The notes under the pieces are model-generated. The model did not search any database, was not told the DNA's origin, and worked only from the letters and a program-made list of their open reading frames with translations. A stretch of 57,045 nucleotides of DNA from a virus. Its lineage: Duplodnaviria > Heunggongvirae > Uroviricota > Caudoviricetes. The stretch spans positions 64,001-121,045 of IMG/VR virus record IMGVR_UViG_3300012983_000003; one strand, 5' to 3'. Shown here piece by piece: positions 24,505-35,147 of this stretch. Position numbers and translations under genes: made by a program. Numbering within the stretch: the first letter of the stretch is position 1; each line of letters starts with the position of its first letter.

Positions 24505-27500
24505 TTAATTACTCAACTTGTTAAACTCTTGGAGCATATAATTTACGGCAGACCTCTGCTCGCGGCGAATTTCAGACACTGTTTTCTGCGTAGCCGAACC
24601 AGTTATGATAATATCACCCATATTGATTTCGTTGTTAATAACCGTAGGTGTAATACCATCAAGTCCAGTGCCACCAAATACATTCTTGAGCATCTGTGCT
24701 AAAACATCTCCGCCACTATTTGCAAAGTCGTACAAGAACTCTGTAGCCTTTGCATTAAGGACTTTTTCGCCACCAGAGAACATTCTGTAGCGAGAGCCGT
24801 CAGATGCAGAGAAGATGTACTCGTCACCCTGCTCAAAAAGCTCGTGTAAGCCCGCTGTAGCGTGTTTTGTACCAGAGGCATATCCAACTATGTCTGACTT
24901 GTTAACCCAGCCTGTATAGACGCCATTGCGTCCTATGAGCACCTGATTACCGCTTGTCTGATAAACCGTGTAGGAACCGCCCGGAACGAACGATGCCATC
25001 TTAACGCCTTTGCTCTTAGAACCAAAGTGTGTTGCGGTCTTCTTAATGGTTACGGTAGAACCAGAAGATAAAGACGGCGCAGTGCTTGTTGGCTTCGTAG
25101 TGGTTGTTGTGGTCTTAGGCGGGTCTTTAGGTTTGTTATCGGGATTTGTACCAGAAACCTTTTCGTCATCCCATCCCTTATCGTCCTTAACACCAGTTTC
25201 GTTCTTGAGGTCAACGCCCTTATACAACTTACCAAAAAGTTTTTCATAATCGTTAAGAGCGCCATAGGTATCTTCCCATAACTTCTTAACCGTTTCGTCG
25301 TTACCATCACCGTACTGACGGTTATACATCAGCATCTGATAGTACAACTGGTTCTTGGAGTTATTTTTAATATCCTCTAACGCTTGGTTAAAGAGTGCGT
25401 TCGGGTCGTTGAGTTTTTCATCGAGAGCGTCCATCTCCCTTTGAAGTTGTGCTTCTTGAGAGTTATACGCCTCATCGATAGCATCCAAAGCCTTGTCAAG
25501 AGCGTTTTCTTTTTCAAAATCAGCAAGGTCTTTTTCAGCATCGCTTAACTCTTCGGTGAGCTCAAGCTTACGCTTCTGTGCCCACGCAGAGTCGTCGTTC
25601 TCCAACATAGCAAGTTCGCCCTTGATATCAGAAACAGACTTACGCTTTTCGGCTTGGTCTTCAAGATACTTCTCTTCATCATATTTGTCCTGAAGCATCT
25701 CTTTCTGCTTATCGTAGAACTCTTTAAGGTTGTCGAGTTTCTTATCGAGAGCGTCTTTTTCGTCTTCGATTTCCTGCTTAAGCATATCGACGCGATAGTC
25801 AATCATCTCGTCTAACGCGTCTTTTGCGGCTTCCTCGATTTCCTCACGAATGTCCTTTATAGCGTTTGCATAGTCTTGCCATTTTTCTTGGAGTTCTTGG
25901 ATATAGTCGTCCTCGTCGGTGAGACCTTGAGCACGAGCTTTGGCAATCTCTTTCTCTACATCGGACATTAAGCCCTTATATAGCGAAATGATTTTCTTCT
26001 CTTCGCCATCATAGTTCTCACGCATCGAGATTTCGTGTTCGATATCTCCGAGCTTATCTTTAAATAAATTTCTTAATCCCTCGAACACTTCTTCTTGGTA
26101 TTTATAGAAGTCTTTAAGTTCTATGATACCTTCTTGGTATGCCTGTGGGTATGCCTTGCTTAACCACGCAAGATATTCAGCCTCGGTCTCTTGCTCCATA
26201 GCAACAAGATGTTTATGTTCGGCTAACTGTTTTTCAAACCAAGTTTCTTGGTCTTTTGCTGCCTTTTCGGCTGCTTTTTTCGCCGCACTTTGTGCAGATT
26301 TAGTAGATGAACCACCAGTATAATTTACTTTAAAATCATTTGCATTGATTTTGTTATAATTGAGAGGTGTGTTCAGTATTTCCTCAGCCTGTATACGCAA
26401 CGAACTGGCTTCCGCAAATAATCTTTGCCATTCTCTACCATCAGCTTGATTTCCGTTTTTAATATAGTTTTGTCTGGTTGTTTCAGACTGAGTATATAAT
26501 GCCTCGGCTCTGGTAAACATCTCCTTAGCCTTAGCTAAATTTGCCAGAGACTGAGTGGTAGCGTTAGCCGTATTAGCAAGCGCAATTAACTGGTCAATAT
26601 CCGATGCAGTTTTAATACCGTTTTCATTGGTTTGCATTTTGGTAATAGCAAGTTCAGCCAAAACTTGTTGAGTTAATGAGCCAGCCTCACACGTGCTATA
26701 CATAGCCATAATATCTTCATACGAAGCATCTGTGCCGAGTTCTGTCTGGATGCGAACCAGCTCTTTGTTTCTTGCTACATTAGCATCAACAATAGCCGCC
26801 GCGTTAGAAACACCCATTTGTTCAAGCATTGCAACAGTGGCGTCTCTTGTTTCGTCTGTAACCTCTGTTAAAATACCAGACCCAGCAATGTAAGACGCTA
26901 CCAATTTATCAAAAGCACCTTGACACGCTTTAATATCAGACGGAGAACTTGTTATTGTTTTAATAAAGTTTGTATAGTCATCGCCTAAATTTCCGAATGT
27001 TTCAGCAAACTCTTTATTATTTAATACAGAACCCCAGTCGAAATCGCCTTTGTCATAAATATCCGCGTAAATTTTATCCAGTTTCTCGAGACCGTCCGTT
27101 AACGTTTGAACATTAGATACCGTCTCGGCAAAAGTCTTTACTTTTGCTATAGCGTCGGTCGCTCCTTTATCGACTTTTTTAATGGCTTCGTAAAGACCTT
27201 CTGTCTTTAGTTGTCCATCAACTATCGAACTGATGGTTGCGTCGTCAAGACCGAATGATTTTGACAAATTATCTGAGATATATTTTTTGTACTTCTCATA
27301 TTCCTCAAGAGTTTTAGGAATTCCATTATCAGCCTTGTATGTTGCTGCAAACTCATCATACTTTGCCTTAACATACGCTTCTACAGACGCTTTAAGAGTG
27401 TTTAATGTAGATGTAACATTATCATAAGATGCGCCTTCCATCATATTTTTTCGTGTAAGCTCATCTTTTAAATATAATAATTTATAATAGAAATCTACAA

Positions 27501-30063
27501 TTTTATCGGCTTCTTCTCCGCCAGCATCTACATAATAATCCGAACTCGATGTTCCGCGCGATGAATAAGTTTTAGTAGTTTTGTAATCTCCTAAAATAGA
27601 CTCTACTAATTCTTGTTCTTCTTTGTTTTTCTTGTGCGTGCCGCCGTAATAAACCTTAATCTTACTTCCATCCCAGTCGCTATAGGACATTTTCTCTAAA
27701 GCCTTTTCAGCAGCGTCTCTTTCTTGAATTGCGGCAATTTTTGCAGCCTCAAGTTCCTTTTCAACCTGTCCGCCTAAAGCTTCAGTATAGTCCTTGGTTC
27801 CAGCAGTGAGCCCTTTAAGTGCATTGGTTTTACCCTCTATAGCCTCTGTTACTGTTTTAAGAGCGTTTTGGAAAGCTTCTTCCTGAGATGGTGTACGCTC
27901 TGCAAGTTGGGAGTATTGTAAATATTCAAGATATGCGGCATTAAGAGCGTTGCTCTTTTCAACAATCGCAGACGCCGACTCTCTTTCTGCCTCCGCCTCC
28001 GAGATTGCTTTTTGTCTTGCTTCCTCGATTGCGTGGCTAACCATATTGATAACAGCAATAATCGCAACGAACGCTGCTACTGCAATTTGTGCTGCGCTTG
28101 CACTTGCGGTTACACTTTTAAATCCAGCAGAAATAGACTGGAGTGATGATGCTCCAGAAGCCTTCGCTGTTCTAAACGCGGTCAAAAATGTCGTACCGAG
28201 CGTCTTAATGGTATTACCCAGACCGATAATTTTATTTGGTAAGGTTGTGCCTATTAAAGTGACCAAAGCATCTGCTTTTATTGTCGCAATTACTCCGGCA
28301 ACTATAAATAGTGCGTTACTAAGACCGCCAAGAGCATCTATAACTTTTGCTACACCAGTTAATACCTGCATTAACCAAGTGCCGATATCTACTATACCCT
28401 TAACAAAGTCGCTCTGAATAAATGTGTTAGAAAACTCTTCAAAGTTTGCCTTAAAGATACTTATTTTACCATTGATAGACTCTAAGTATTTATCATTTTC
28501 TTCAAGAGCAGAGCCAGTAGATTTTGCAGATGTTTCTGCCGCTTCTGCGGCGATAGAGAAATTCTCTAAAATTGCCGCAACCACATTTGAGTTACGCTTA
28601 CCGCCGACCATCTCAAGTATATTAGCTTGAGTAACATCAGACAGCGTATCCCAAACATCAGATAACTCTTTAAGAATTTGGTATGTAGACTTAAATGTAT
28701 TTTCGTCGATTTGTATATCGACTTTATTACCAGTAAGTTCTAAAATTTCATCCCTTAACTCAGAGACACTATTCGCCATTCCGTCCGTAGACTCCCCGGC
28801 GTCCTCGGCTTCGGTTTTAGCAGCACGAAGATACATTGATACGGTCTTTAAAACCGTACCAACTTTTTCAGGGTCTTGGACAATCGTATTTGCGGCAGCA
28901 GCCAGAGCGATTGTTTCATCTAATGTGTTGTTTGCAGAGTGCATCGCAGCGGCGGAGCGCAATAACGAGTCACCAACGCCTTTAGACGATATGGCATATT
29001 TATTGCCGACCTCATTAAATTTATCGACGATAGACATTACATCTTTAGCCTCAACACCGAAAGCCTGCATTGTTGCGATAATGCTTTCAGAAGCATCGCT
29101 AATGTCAGTAATACCATCACCAACGTTTTTATATACGATTGCGGCGTCGGCTAACTGTTCCGCTTCTTCGATGTTATAACCAAGTCTGGCAAAATCTGCC
29201 GACGCCGTTACGACATCCGATAGCGCGGCACCTAATTTTTTTGCGCGAGCAGCCGCATCATCAAGGAATTTATTATATGTGGCATCTGTCTCATCAGTAA
29301 CTTTCTTTAACTCCGTCATAGCGGTGTCAAGGTCTATCACAGCAGATACCATCTGTCGAACCGCACGATATGCAGCCATAATTACTCGAGTGATACTAAA
29401 CCAAGTACCGAATTTTGCAGATAATCCTCCAAGGCGTTGTCCCCAAGTCTGCGTCGCTTCTCCTGCGGCTTTGATGGTGTTGGAGTTTGTAGTAAAACTT
29501 GAACTTAAAGAGGAAAGCTTAGCAGAAAATTCATCAGCGGTTAATTTCCCGCTTTTAAACTCCATATTCCATTGTTGCAACGATGCGATATCACTTTGAA
29601 TAGCGGTATATGCAGAAGAAGATTTACCTGTTTTTGCGGCAGTCCATTTGTTTTCTGCATTTTGCATTTGAGTTAAAAGGGTGTATGACTTTTTCAAAAG
29701 AGCTTGTCGTGATAATTCGCTCTTCATTGCTTGGTCATCTGCTAATTTCTTAGCCGCCGCTGCTTGTGCTGCCGCTTGCGCCGCTTGAGTCTCGAGATTT
29801 ATACGCTCTCTAACCTGTGTATTAACAGCAGCGGTTGAGGATGCGCCAGAACCAGCCTTGACCGCGCCTGTTGTCCCAAGCGCTTTACTGATTTCGGCTA
29901 TTTGATTTCGCAAATTCGATATCATTTTATCATCGATATCAAACGCTACTTTAATTTTAGGTGGATTGCTATTTAGCTGAGACACCAATTTACTGATGTC
30001 TTTTTGCATCTCCGTATAGCTTAGACCAACATCAACGCCTACTGACAATAAAAAATCAGCCAT
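24505..30063 (-). CDS. Tail tape measure protein with C-terminal SH3-like domain
   Basis: 1852 aa, helical and Ala-rich, TMP core (LDTAMTELKKV...ADFARLGY...NEVGNKYAIS), central hydrophobic stretch, YASGT motif near the end. Confidence 0.93.
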   Translation of the reverse strand: MADFLLSVGVDVGLSYTEMQKDISKLVSQLNSNPPKIKVAFDIDDKMISNLRNQIAEISKALGTTGAVKAGSGASSTAAVNTQVRERINLETQAAQAAAQAAAAKKLADDQAMKSELSRQALLKKSYTLLTQMQNAENKWTAAKTGKSSSAYTAIQSDIASLQQWNMEFKSGKLTADEFSAKLSSLSSSFTTNSNTIKAAGEATQTWGQRLGGLSAKFGTWFSITRVIMAAYRAVRQMVSAVIDLDTAMTELKKVTDETDATYNKFLDDAAARAKKLGAALSDVVTASADFARLGYNIEEAEQLADAAIVYKNVGDGITDISDASESIIATMQAFGVEAKDVMSIVDKFNEVGNKYAISSKGVGDSLLRSAAAMHSANNTLDETIALAAAANTIVQDPEKVGTVLKTVSMYLRAAKTEAEDAGESTDGMANSVSELRDEILELTGNKVDIQIDENTFKSTYQILKELSDVWDTLSDVTQANILEMVGGKRNSNVVAAILENFSIAAEAAETSAKSTGSALEENDKYLESINGKISIFKANFEEFSNTFIQSDFVKGIVDIGTWLMQVLTGVAKVIDALGGLSNALFIVAGVIATIKADALVTLIGTTLPNKIIGLGNTIKTLGTTFLTAFRTAKASGASSLQSISAGFKSVTASASAAQIAVAAFVAIIAVINMVSHAIEEARQKAISEAEAERESASAIVEKSNALNAAYLEYLQYSQLAERTPSQEEAFQNALKTVTEAIEGKTNALKGLTAGTKDYTEALGGQVEKELEAAKIAAIQERDAAEKALEKMSYSDWDGSKIKVYYGGTHKKNKEEQELVESILGDYKTTKTYSSRGTSSSDYYVDAGGEEADKIVDFYYKLLYLKDELTRKNMMEGASYDNVTSTLNTLKASVEAYVKAKYDEFAATYKADNGIPKTLEEYEKYKKYISDNLSKSFGLDDATISSIVDGQLKTEGLYEAIKKVDKGATDAIAKVKTFAETVSNVQTLTDGLEKLDKIYADIYDKGDFDWGSVLNNKEFAETFGNLGDDYTNFIKTITSSPSDIKACQGAFDKLVASYIAGSGILTEVTDETRDATVAMLEQMGVSNAAAIVDANVARNKELVRIQTELGTDASYEDIMAMYSTCEAGSLTQQVLAELAITKMQTNENGIKTASDIDQLIALANTANATTQSLANLAKAKEMFTRAEALYTQSETTRQNYIKNGNQADGREWQRLFAEASSLRIQAEEILNTPLNYNKINANDFKVNYTGGSSTKSAQSAAKKAAEKAAKDQETWFEKQLAEHKHLVAMEQETEAEYLAWLSKAYPQAYQEGIIELKDFYKYQEEVFEGLRNLFKDKLGDIEHEISMRENYDGEEKKIISLYKGLMSDVEKEIAKARAQGLTDEDDYIQELQEKWQDYANAIKDIREEIEEAAKDALDEMIDYRVDMLKQEIEDEKDALDKKLDNLKEFYDKQKEMLQDKYDEEKYLEDQAEKRKSVSDIKGELAMLENDDSAWAQKRKLELTEELSDAEKDLADFEKENALDKALDAIDEAYNSQEAQLQREMDALDEKLNDPNALFNQALEDIKNNSKNQLYYQMLMYNRQYGDGNDETVKKLWEDTYGALNDYEKLFGKLYKGVDLKNETGVKDDKGWDDEKVSGTNPDNKPKDPPKTTTTTTKPTSTAPSLSSGSTVTIKKTATHFGSKSKGVKMASFVPGGSYTVYQTSGNQVLIGRNGVYTGWVNKSDIVGYASGTKHATAGLHELFEQGDEYIFSASDGSRYRMFSGGEKVLNAKATEFLYDFANSGGDVLAQMLKNVFGGTGLDGITPTVINNEINMGDIIITGSATQKTVSEIRREQRSAVNYMLQEFNKLSN

Positions 30064-30084
30064 CTATTCTCACCATCCTTTTTA

Positions 30085-30115
30085 ATAAAGAAAAGGATTG
30101 GCGAAAGCCAATCCT
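30085..30115 (-). terminator. Terminator upstream of the TMP gene
   Basis: Perfect 9-bp stem AGGATTGGC/GCCAATCCT with a 4-nt loop, followed on the minus strand by TTTCTTTATT. Confidence 0.7.
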
Positions 30116-30162
30116 AATACTGTGTTGTGTCAATAGGGTTGTGTTTTGATTTGACACAAATA

Positions 30163-30765
30163 TTATTCATATACATCATCAACTTTAATGTCGATGACTC
30201 CGTATTCTGGGGCATAGTTCGCCATATAATCCCTAACCGCGTTTTGAACGAAGTGTAAGCCTTCTCTTTCGCGCAAACTGGGGATATTAAAGTTATCGGC
30301 ATATCCGTGACCTAACCAAATACCATAAACGGTATTGGCGGCAGAATAGCCATTGTTTAACAAAGCGGCGATATTTTCGATACCGTCATAGAAGTCGGGA
30401 GCAAGAGAGTCTCTGCTCAAATCACCGGTAAACCAAACCTCAATTTGATATTGGTTCTTACCGATTTTAACAGGCGCTCCGTGTTCCAGTTTAGTCAAAG
30501 CGCTAACCGCAGTAGCGCCAAGACCTCTACCATTAAGACCGCCACCGCCCTCGGCAATAGCGTGACTGTTAATTTCGTTCTGAAGAACCTCAATGAATTT
30601 AGCCGCCGCCATATTTATGCCAGAGATAGTGATGCGTTTACCTGTGGGTACACCGCCCCTCAGAATAATCTCATCGGTCTTGGTTTCTACCTGCTTTTGA
30701 AAAGCAGATGAATTTGTAAACTTCTTTGCTTTGTTAATAATGGATTGCATATTGATGCTCGCCAT
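30163..30765 (-). CDS. Putative tail component
   Basis: Position in the tail module; no diagnostic motif recognised. Confidence 0.45.
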   Translation of the reverse strand: MASINMQSIINKAKKFTNSSAFQKQVETKTDEIILRGGVPTGKRITISGINMAAAKFIEVLQNEINSHAIAEGGGGLNGRGLGATAVSALTKLEHGAPVKIGKNQYQIEVWFTGDLSRDSLAPDFYDGIENIAALLNNGYSAANTVYGIWLGHGYADNFNIPSLREREGLHFVQNAVRDYMANYAPEYGVIDIKVDDVYE

Positions 30766-30776
30766 TATTTATCACC

Positions 30777-31349
30777 TTATTTAGACTTAAATGCCTCAAC
30801 GAGTTTCGCCTCGTCGATACCTCCATCACCAAATGCGCCGAGAAGCTTAGTGAAGTCCTCGGGATTTACACCAGAGAACATACCTTCGAGCTGTTTCTGT
30901 AAGTTATCAAATGCAGTATAAAGCTCTGTCATCTGTCTGTTTACAGCCTCGATGTTAGCCTGTGCAAGATGGTTAATCTTGTCATTGACCGCACACATAA
31001 TCTCATTGAACTGTTGCCCATTTACACGGTGTAACACTTCCTCGATTGCGTTAGTCTGATAAATTAACTCATACTTGTGCTCAACATTATTCGGTAATGT
31101 GAAGTTAGCATACTTTTCCAGAATACAAGTTTTAACCGCGAAGTCTTTAACTTCGGGAATATAAGCTCCGTCCTCGGAAGAGAAACAACTTTTTGTTACG
31201 CTGTCAACGAACTCAAGCACTTCCTTAAAAGAAAGTGTCTTCTTGACAGTAACCTCGACACCATACCAGTCAAAAGTTTCGGTAGGTGTATAATTCTCTT
31301 TCATAATCTTGTCCAAAGCGTTGATTGAAATTTTCTTGGTCTTAGCCAT
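30777..31349 (-). CDS. Putative tail assembly chaperone
   Basis: Acidic ~190-aa protein between tail tube and TMP. Start ATG 31349 (MAKTKK) overlaps the RusA stop, SD AAGGAGG. Confidence 0.5.
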   Translation of the reverse strand: MAKTKKISINALDKIMKENYTPTETFDWYGVEVTVKKTLSFKEVLEFVDSVTKSCFSSEDGAYIPEVKDFAVKTCILEKYANFTLPNNVEHKYELIYQTNAIEEVLHRVNGQQFNEIMCAVNDKINHLAQANIEAVNRQMTELYTAFDNLQKQLEGMFSGVNPEDFTKLLGAFGDGGIDEAKLVEAFKSK

Positions 31350-31932
31350 TACGATTTCCTCCTTTAGTTCCTTTTCGTTGTTTATATTTCGTGCAGTTGC
31401 CGTCAACAATCTCAGGTTGTATTCGACCTTCACGCGCCTTACACAATAAACTACAATTCCGTGTGTACCTTACACAATCGGAGCATTTGGCGACAAATGC
31501 CTCCAAATGAGACGCATTGTCAAAGACGCCTATATAGTCTACGGGGTGTATAACTATCTCTACGCGTGGATTATCTGCATCATAATAAATCGCCTGCACT
31601 CGTTCGCAGGTGATGTTGTCATCCAACCAGATGAGTTGTGTGTCTGTGATGGCATCAAGCATACATTTAAAATAGTTGTTGCAGTCTAAGTTAGTAGCGG
31701 GAAAATAAAAAACAGTATCGACATAAAAATGTTGCAACCTATTTGGTGTTAAAGTCCAATTCTGTCTCTTAACTTCCTTTTTTACATAGTCCGCAAACTG
31801 TTGCTTATATTTCTTTGCCTCGTTAGTACAATAACTCATCGCTACGGGTCTTCCGCCCTTTAAAACACCTCTGTACCCGAGGTAATGATTTACACTTGGG
31901 GGTATCGGTGAAACAAGATGTAATTCCTGCAT
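31342..31932 (-). CDS. rusA: RusA-like Holliday junction resolvase with Cys-rich C-terminal extension
   Basis: PIPPSVNHY, D..NY.K.MLDA....W.DD motifs; C-terminal CxxC...C...C. Confidence 0.8.
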   Translation of the reverse strand: MQELHLVSPIPPSVNHYLGYRGVLKGGRPVAMSYCTNEAKKYKQQFADYVKKEVKRQNWTLTPNRLQHFYVDTVFYFPATNLDCNNYFKCMLDAITDTQLIWLDDNITCERVQAIYYDADNPRVEIVIHPVDYIGVFDNASHLEAFVAKCSDCVRYTRNCSLLCKAREGRIQPEIVDGNCTKYKQRKGTKGGNRNG

Positions 31933-31953
31933 CAAAATCACCTCATTATTGAA

Positions 31954-31986
31954 AAATAACCTGCGTCGAAATGACGCAGGTTATTT
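31954..31986. terminator. Bidirectional-type terminator
   Basis: Perfect 14-bp stem AAATAACCTGCGTC / GACGCAGGTTATTT with a 5-nt loop and A/T flanks. Confidence 0.75.
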
Positions 31987-32017
31987 ATTTAAACATTATT
32001 TATCGCGGTTCTTCCGA

Positions 32018-32320
32018 TTAGTCGTCGAGGTCGTCTTCGTCAAGTTCGGCTTCGATGTAGTCATCTTCAAACTCATCGTAATCAATAACGCCATAAGCGT
32101 CACCTGTAACATCCTCAACTACCTCTGCGTTGTTTACCGCTTCGTTTTTCTCTGTGGGTGTAACCGCACGAGAGGCTTCAATTTTGGCAAGGTAGATGCT
32201 ACCACATTCAGGGGAGCACGCTACTTCTTGCCAACGGAAGACACCTGCGATACGCTTTAATGTGTGGCAGGCTTCATATTCCTTACCACACACTCTGCAT
32301 TTCATCATCGCAGTTGCCAT
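32018..32320 (-). CDS. Small Zn-finger protein with acidic tail
   Basis: CRVC...CH...CSPEC; D/E-rich C-terminus; GGAGG SD. Confidence 0.7.
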   Translation of the reverse strand: MATAMMKCRVCGKEYEACHTLKRIAGVFRWQEVACSPECGSIYLAKIEASRAVTPTEKNEAVNNAEVVEDVTGDAYGVIDYDEFEDDYIEAELDEDDLDD

Positions 32321-32334
32321 TTTAGACCTCCTAA

Positions 32335-33129
32335 TTAAGCAACGTCAGCAGTATTTACACCAAAGATAGTGTAAGTCCAGAGAGCGCCGCCTGCGCCACA
32401 AGCACCAGCAAGAGACTCTGCCTCGAAAGCGTGAACAGTTTGGCTGTCGCCCATCTCGAAGCTGAACTCACCGCTGAAGTCAGCCTTAGGAATGAAGAAC
32501 TGGATGCGATATACATTGGAGCACTTGTCCTCAGCAAAAGCATCGATGTAAAGCATACACTTACCAGAGTAAGAGTCGCTCATATTCTCAAGAACATCAG
32601 CAGTAATCTTTCTCTTGTAGTGAACAACTACTTCAGCACCGGCAGGAACATCGTCAGCAGCAAAGGTGATTGTCTTAGAAGCAGGAGTGTATGTAAATAC
32701 GCCCTCAGCAGCCTCAGCACCCTGAGTGAGAACCTTACCCTTAGTACCGTTTTCGTTTCTTACAGTAACAGAAGTGATTTCGTTACCAGTTGTGCCAACA
32801 GCAGCAAAGTTAATAACAACCTTGTTGTCAGCAACAGTGAGGTAGTCTGCCCAGAGAACTTCAGTAGCCTTGTTCTCGAAGGCGCCACCAGTCTGGAGCT
32901 CAAGTAAGCCGCCAGAAACAAGACCGTTGTTACCGCTGATAGTAACAGCCTTGTTGCGCTTTAACGAAGTGAGCTTGCGACCTTGCTTACCAGTAACCTC
33001 CTGAGAGTCCTGAGTCTGAGCAATAGTTGCGCTCTGGAGTTCGTCAAGCGTGAATTTATAACTACCAGTCACGCAGTCAAACGCTGTGATGGTTTCAAGA
33101 CTGGTAATGGTGATATCGTTAATATTCAT
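32335..33129 (-). CDS. Major tail (tube) protein
   Basis: Position, 264 aa, beta-rich with an internal Ig-like insertion (YTYTPASKTITF), highly biased codons. Confidence 0.7.
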   Translation of the reverse strand: MNINDITITSLETITAFDCVTGSYKFTLDELQSATIAQTQDSQEVTGKQGRKLTSLKRNKAVTISGNNGLVSGGLLELQTGGAFENKATEVLWADYLTVADNKVVINFAAVGTTGNEITSVTVRNENGTKGKVLTQGAEAAEGVFTYTPASKTITFAADDVPAGAEVVVHYKRKITADVLENMSDSYSGKCMLYIDAFAEDKCSNVYRIQFFIPKADFSGEFSFEMGDSQTVHAFEAESLAGACGAGGALWTYTIFGVNTADVA

Positions 33130-33149
33130 TAAGCTTTCCTCCCATTGAA

Positions 33150-33884
33150 TTATTTATGTATAAGCCAATTAAGGTCTTCTTGGCTTAAATCTTTGGCGCT
33201 GATTGTACCTGAGTACACGCCAAACATCCGATTGTCATAGTCAACTTTCTTGATTATTTGTCGCACACTCTCGTTAAATTGATAAATGGAGAGACCTCGT
33301 GTCTCCTCAAAATCATATTTGAATTCCTTAGTGTTGACCAAAGCAACTATGAGTGACTCAAGTTGTGAGTCTTCTGCACGCCGTTTCTTTCGCTTAATCT
33401 TTTCTCTCGCTCTTTCAAGCATATATTCTTTAGCTTCTTGGTTCGCGGGCTTCTTGCGGTTCTTTTCAAGGTGGTGAATTTTACGCAATACACTCGCGAT
33501 TTCCATTTGAACAGCACGGTTGATTTCTACCTCCGTCTCTGTGTTGATTAACACAAGACTATTTTGTTCTTCCGACACCGCTATCTGAAATTTAGATAAA
33601 TCCAAATCTCCAAAGATTAAACTCGTGTTCTGTTGTTTAATGACCGGGAAGAGCCTTAAAAACAACTCATAGTCGTTGATGGTGGTAAAATCAATACCAG
33701 CATCATCGAGCTGAACCATCAAGTCTATTGGCATAGCGGTTAAGATTGAAACGAGGTTGTAATATTCATCTTCGTTGTCAAGAATATCTCCGACCGTTGG
33801 GATGATAATACGGATTTTTTCATTGCCTTTTTTGGCTTGCTTCAACTCATACTGTTTCTCGTATAAAAACTTGCGTGTAGCCAT
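33150..33884 (-). CDS. Tail morphogenesis protein (hypothetical)
   Basis: Position between tail terminator-like gene and tail tube. Confidence 0.45.
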   Translation of the reverse strand: MATRKFLYEKQYELKQAKKGNEKIRIIIPTVGDILDNEDEYYNLVSILTAMPIDLMVQLDDAGIDFTTINDYELFLRLFPVIKQQNTSLIFGDLDLSKFQIAVSEEQNSLVLINTETEVEINRAVQMEIASVLRKIHHLEKNRKKPANQEAKEYMLERAREKIKRKKRRAEDSQLESLIVALVNTKEFKYDFEETRGLSIYQFNESVRQIIKKVDYDNRMFGVYSGTISAKDLSQEDLNWLIHK

Positions 33885-34381
33885 TATCCTGTTTTACGAT
33901 TGCTTGGAACGGGTTTCTTAGGGTCGTGAAGACGATTAAATTCCTTTGCACTAAAGGTCATAATCTTACCCTGAAAGTCCGTCATAGGCGCAAATCGTTT
34001 GACGGATGAAAGTTCGAGTTCACCAAGACCATAAAAGCGACTGCCATTAAGTTTCTTGGCTATCTCTGAGCATAACTTATCTGTCCTAACACCACCCTTG
34101 GGCAGTTTAAGTAAGCTCTTATGTGTAAACACCCACACAAACATTATGGGTAAAAGATATGTTTTACCAACTGCGCGTTGGATATCGACATCAACACAGA
34201 TAAATGTTTTGCCTTGTTCCACGGTGTCGGGAACAAACTCAAACGGAAATACCTGTTCATAAACAAGAGACTCTGCGTTTTCTAATGAAACATTCTCATT
34301 AACCAATTTCACGATTGTTTCGTTGGTTAGCAAGTCTTCCATACAGGTGTTCTTGTAATCAAAAAACTCTTCAAGTTGCAT
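33884..34381 (-). CDS. Putative tail terminator / neck protein
   Basis: Position and size; ATG 34381 overlaps the upstream stop. Confidence 0.45.
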   Translation of the reverse strand: MQLEEFFDYKNTCMEDLLTNETIVKLVNENVSLENAESLVYEQVFPFEFVPDTVEQGKTFICVDVDIQRAVGKTYLLPIMFVWVFTHKSLLKLPKGGVRTDKLCSEIAKKLNGSRFYGLGELELSSVKRFAPMTDFQGKIMTFSAKEFNRLHDPKKPVPSNRKTG

Positions 34382-35136
34382 TACAACCACACCTTCTTTC
34401 CTGTTTCAGTAACATTTTCTTCATCGGAGTCAACAATAGGAGTATCGTCCTTATTGAAATGTTTATAGTAATCCGCAATACCTAACTCAAGATTGTCGTC
34501 ATCGGTAGTCTGTACTTCCTGTAAGACGAAGCCAAACACACCCTTGCCGTTATATACCTGACCGACCTTTAACGGTTTGGTCAAAGCATACGCAAGTTGC
34601 TGGCTGGAGTCAGGGTCGTCAATTAAGAAACGGAAATCGCGATTAAGCTTAACCGTCTCTGCATTTCTCGAAATAATCAATGCCATACGCGAGTCGCCTC
34701 GTGTAACGATGAATTGACGGTCTTCGAGTTCACCTGTAAGATATTTTGTTCCGTCCTCAACAATACACCATTGCTCACAAATCTCGCCCTTGTCATTTAC
34801 CCACTTTAACAGGTAATTGCATTGACGCATTTTGGCTCTGGTGTTGATTTCGGTGTTGGCATCTCGCTCCATAACGAGCCAGTGATGACCCATCCAGTAA
34901 ACGATGCCGCCGCAGTCAATATCTTCACCGGGCAAGGAGTGAATGAATTTAATGTTTAGGTTGTCGGTGTCGATAATTTCAACCTGCCTCTCAACATTAT
35001 CTATCGTTACGCCGTGGTAAGATAAACCGTCGGGAAGCTTGGTGTTGAGCATACGCACTTCTCTCTGGAGAGCAGCGTTTCGTTTCGTACCACCCTTAGC
35101 AGTTATTCTGCTTTGGTATAATTCCCAAACATCCAT
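34381..35136 (-). CDS. Putative head-closure / neck protein
   Basis: Beta-rich (GGIVYW.G..WLV...CNY.LKW) protein in the neck region; AGGAGGTG SD. Confidence 0.5.
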   Translation of the reverse strand: MDVWELYQSRITAKGGTKRNAALQREVRMLNTKLPDGLSYHGVTIDNVERQVEIIDTDNLNIKFIHSLPGEDIDCGGIVYWMGHHWLVMERDANTEINTRAKMRQCNYLLKWVNDKGEICEQWCIVEDGTKYLTGELEDRQFIVTRGDSRMALIISRNAETVKLNRDFRFLIDDPDSSQQLAYALTKPLKVGQVYNGKGVFGFVLQEVQTTDDDNLELGIADYYKHFNKDDTPIVDSDEENVTETGKKVWL

Positions 35137-35147
35137 CACGCCACCTC

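Noticed and set aside
30765-30790. Programmed -1 frameshift between tail chaperone genes
   Set aside because: No XXXYYYZ slippery site recognised at the end of 30777-31349, and the next gene has its own start.
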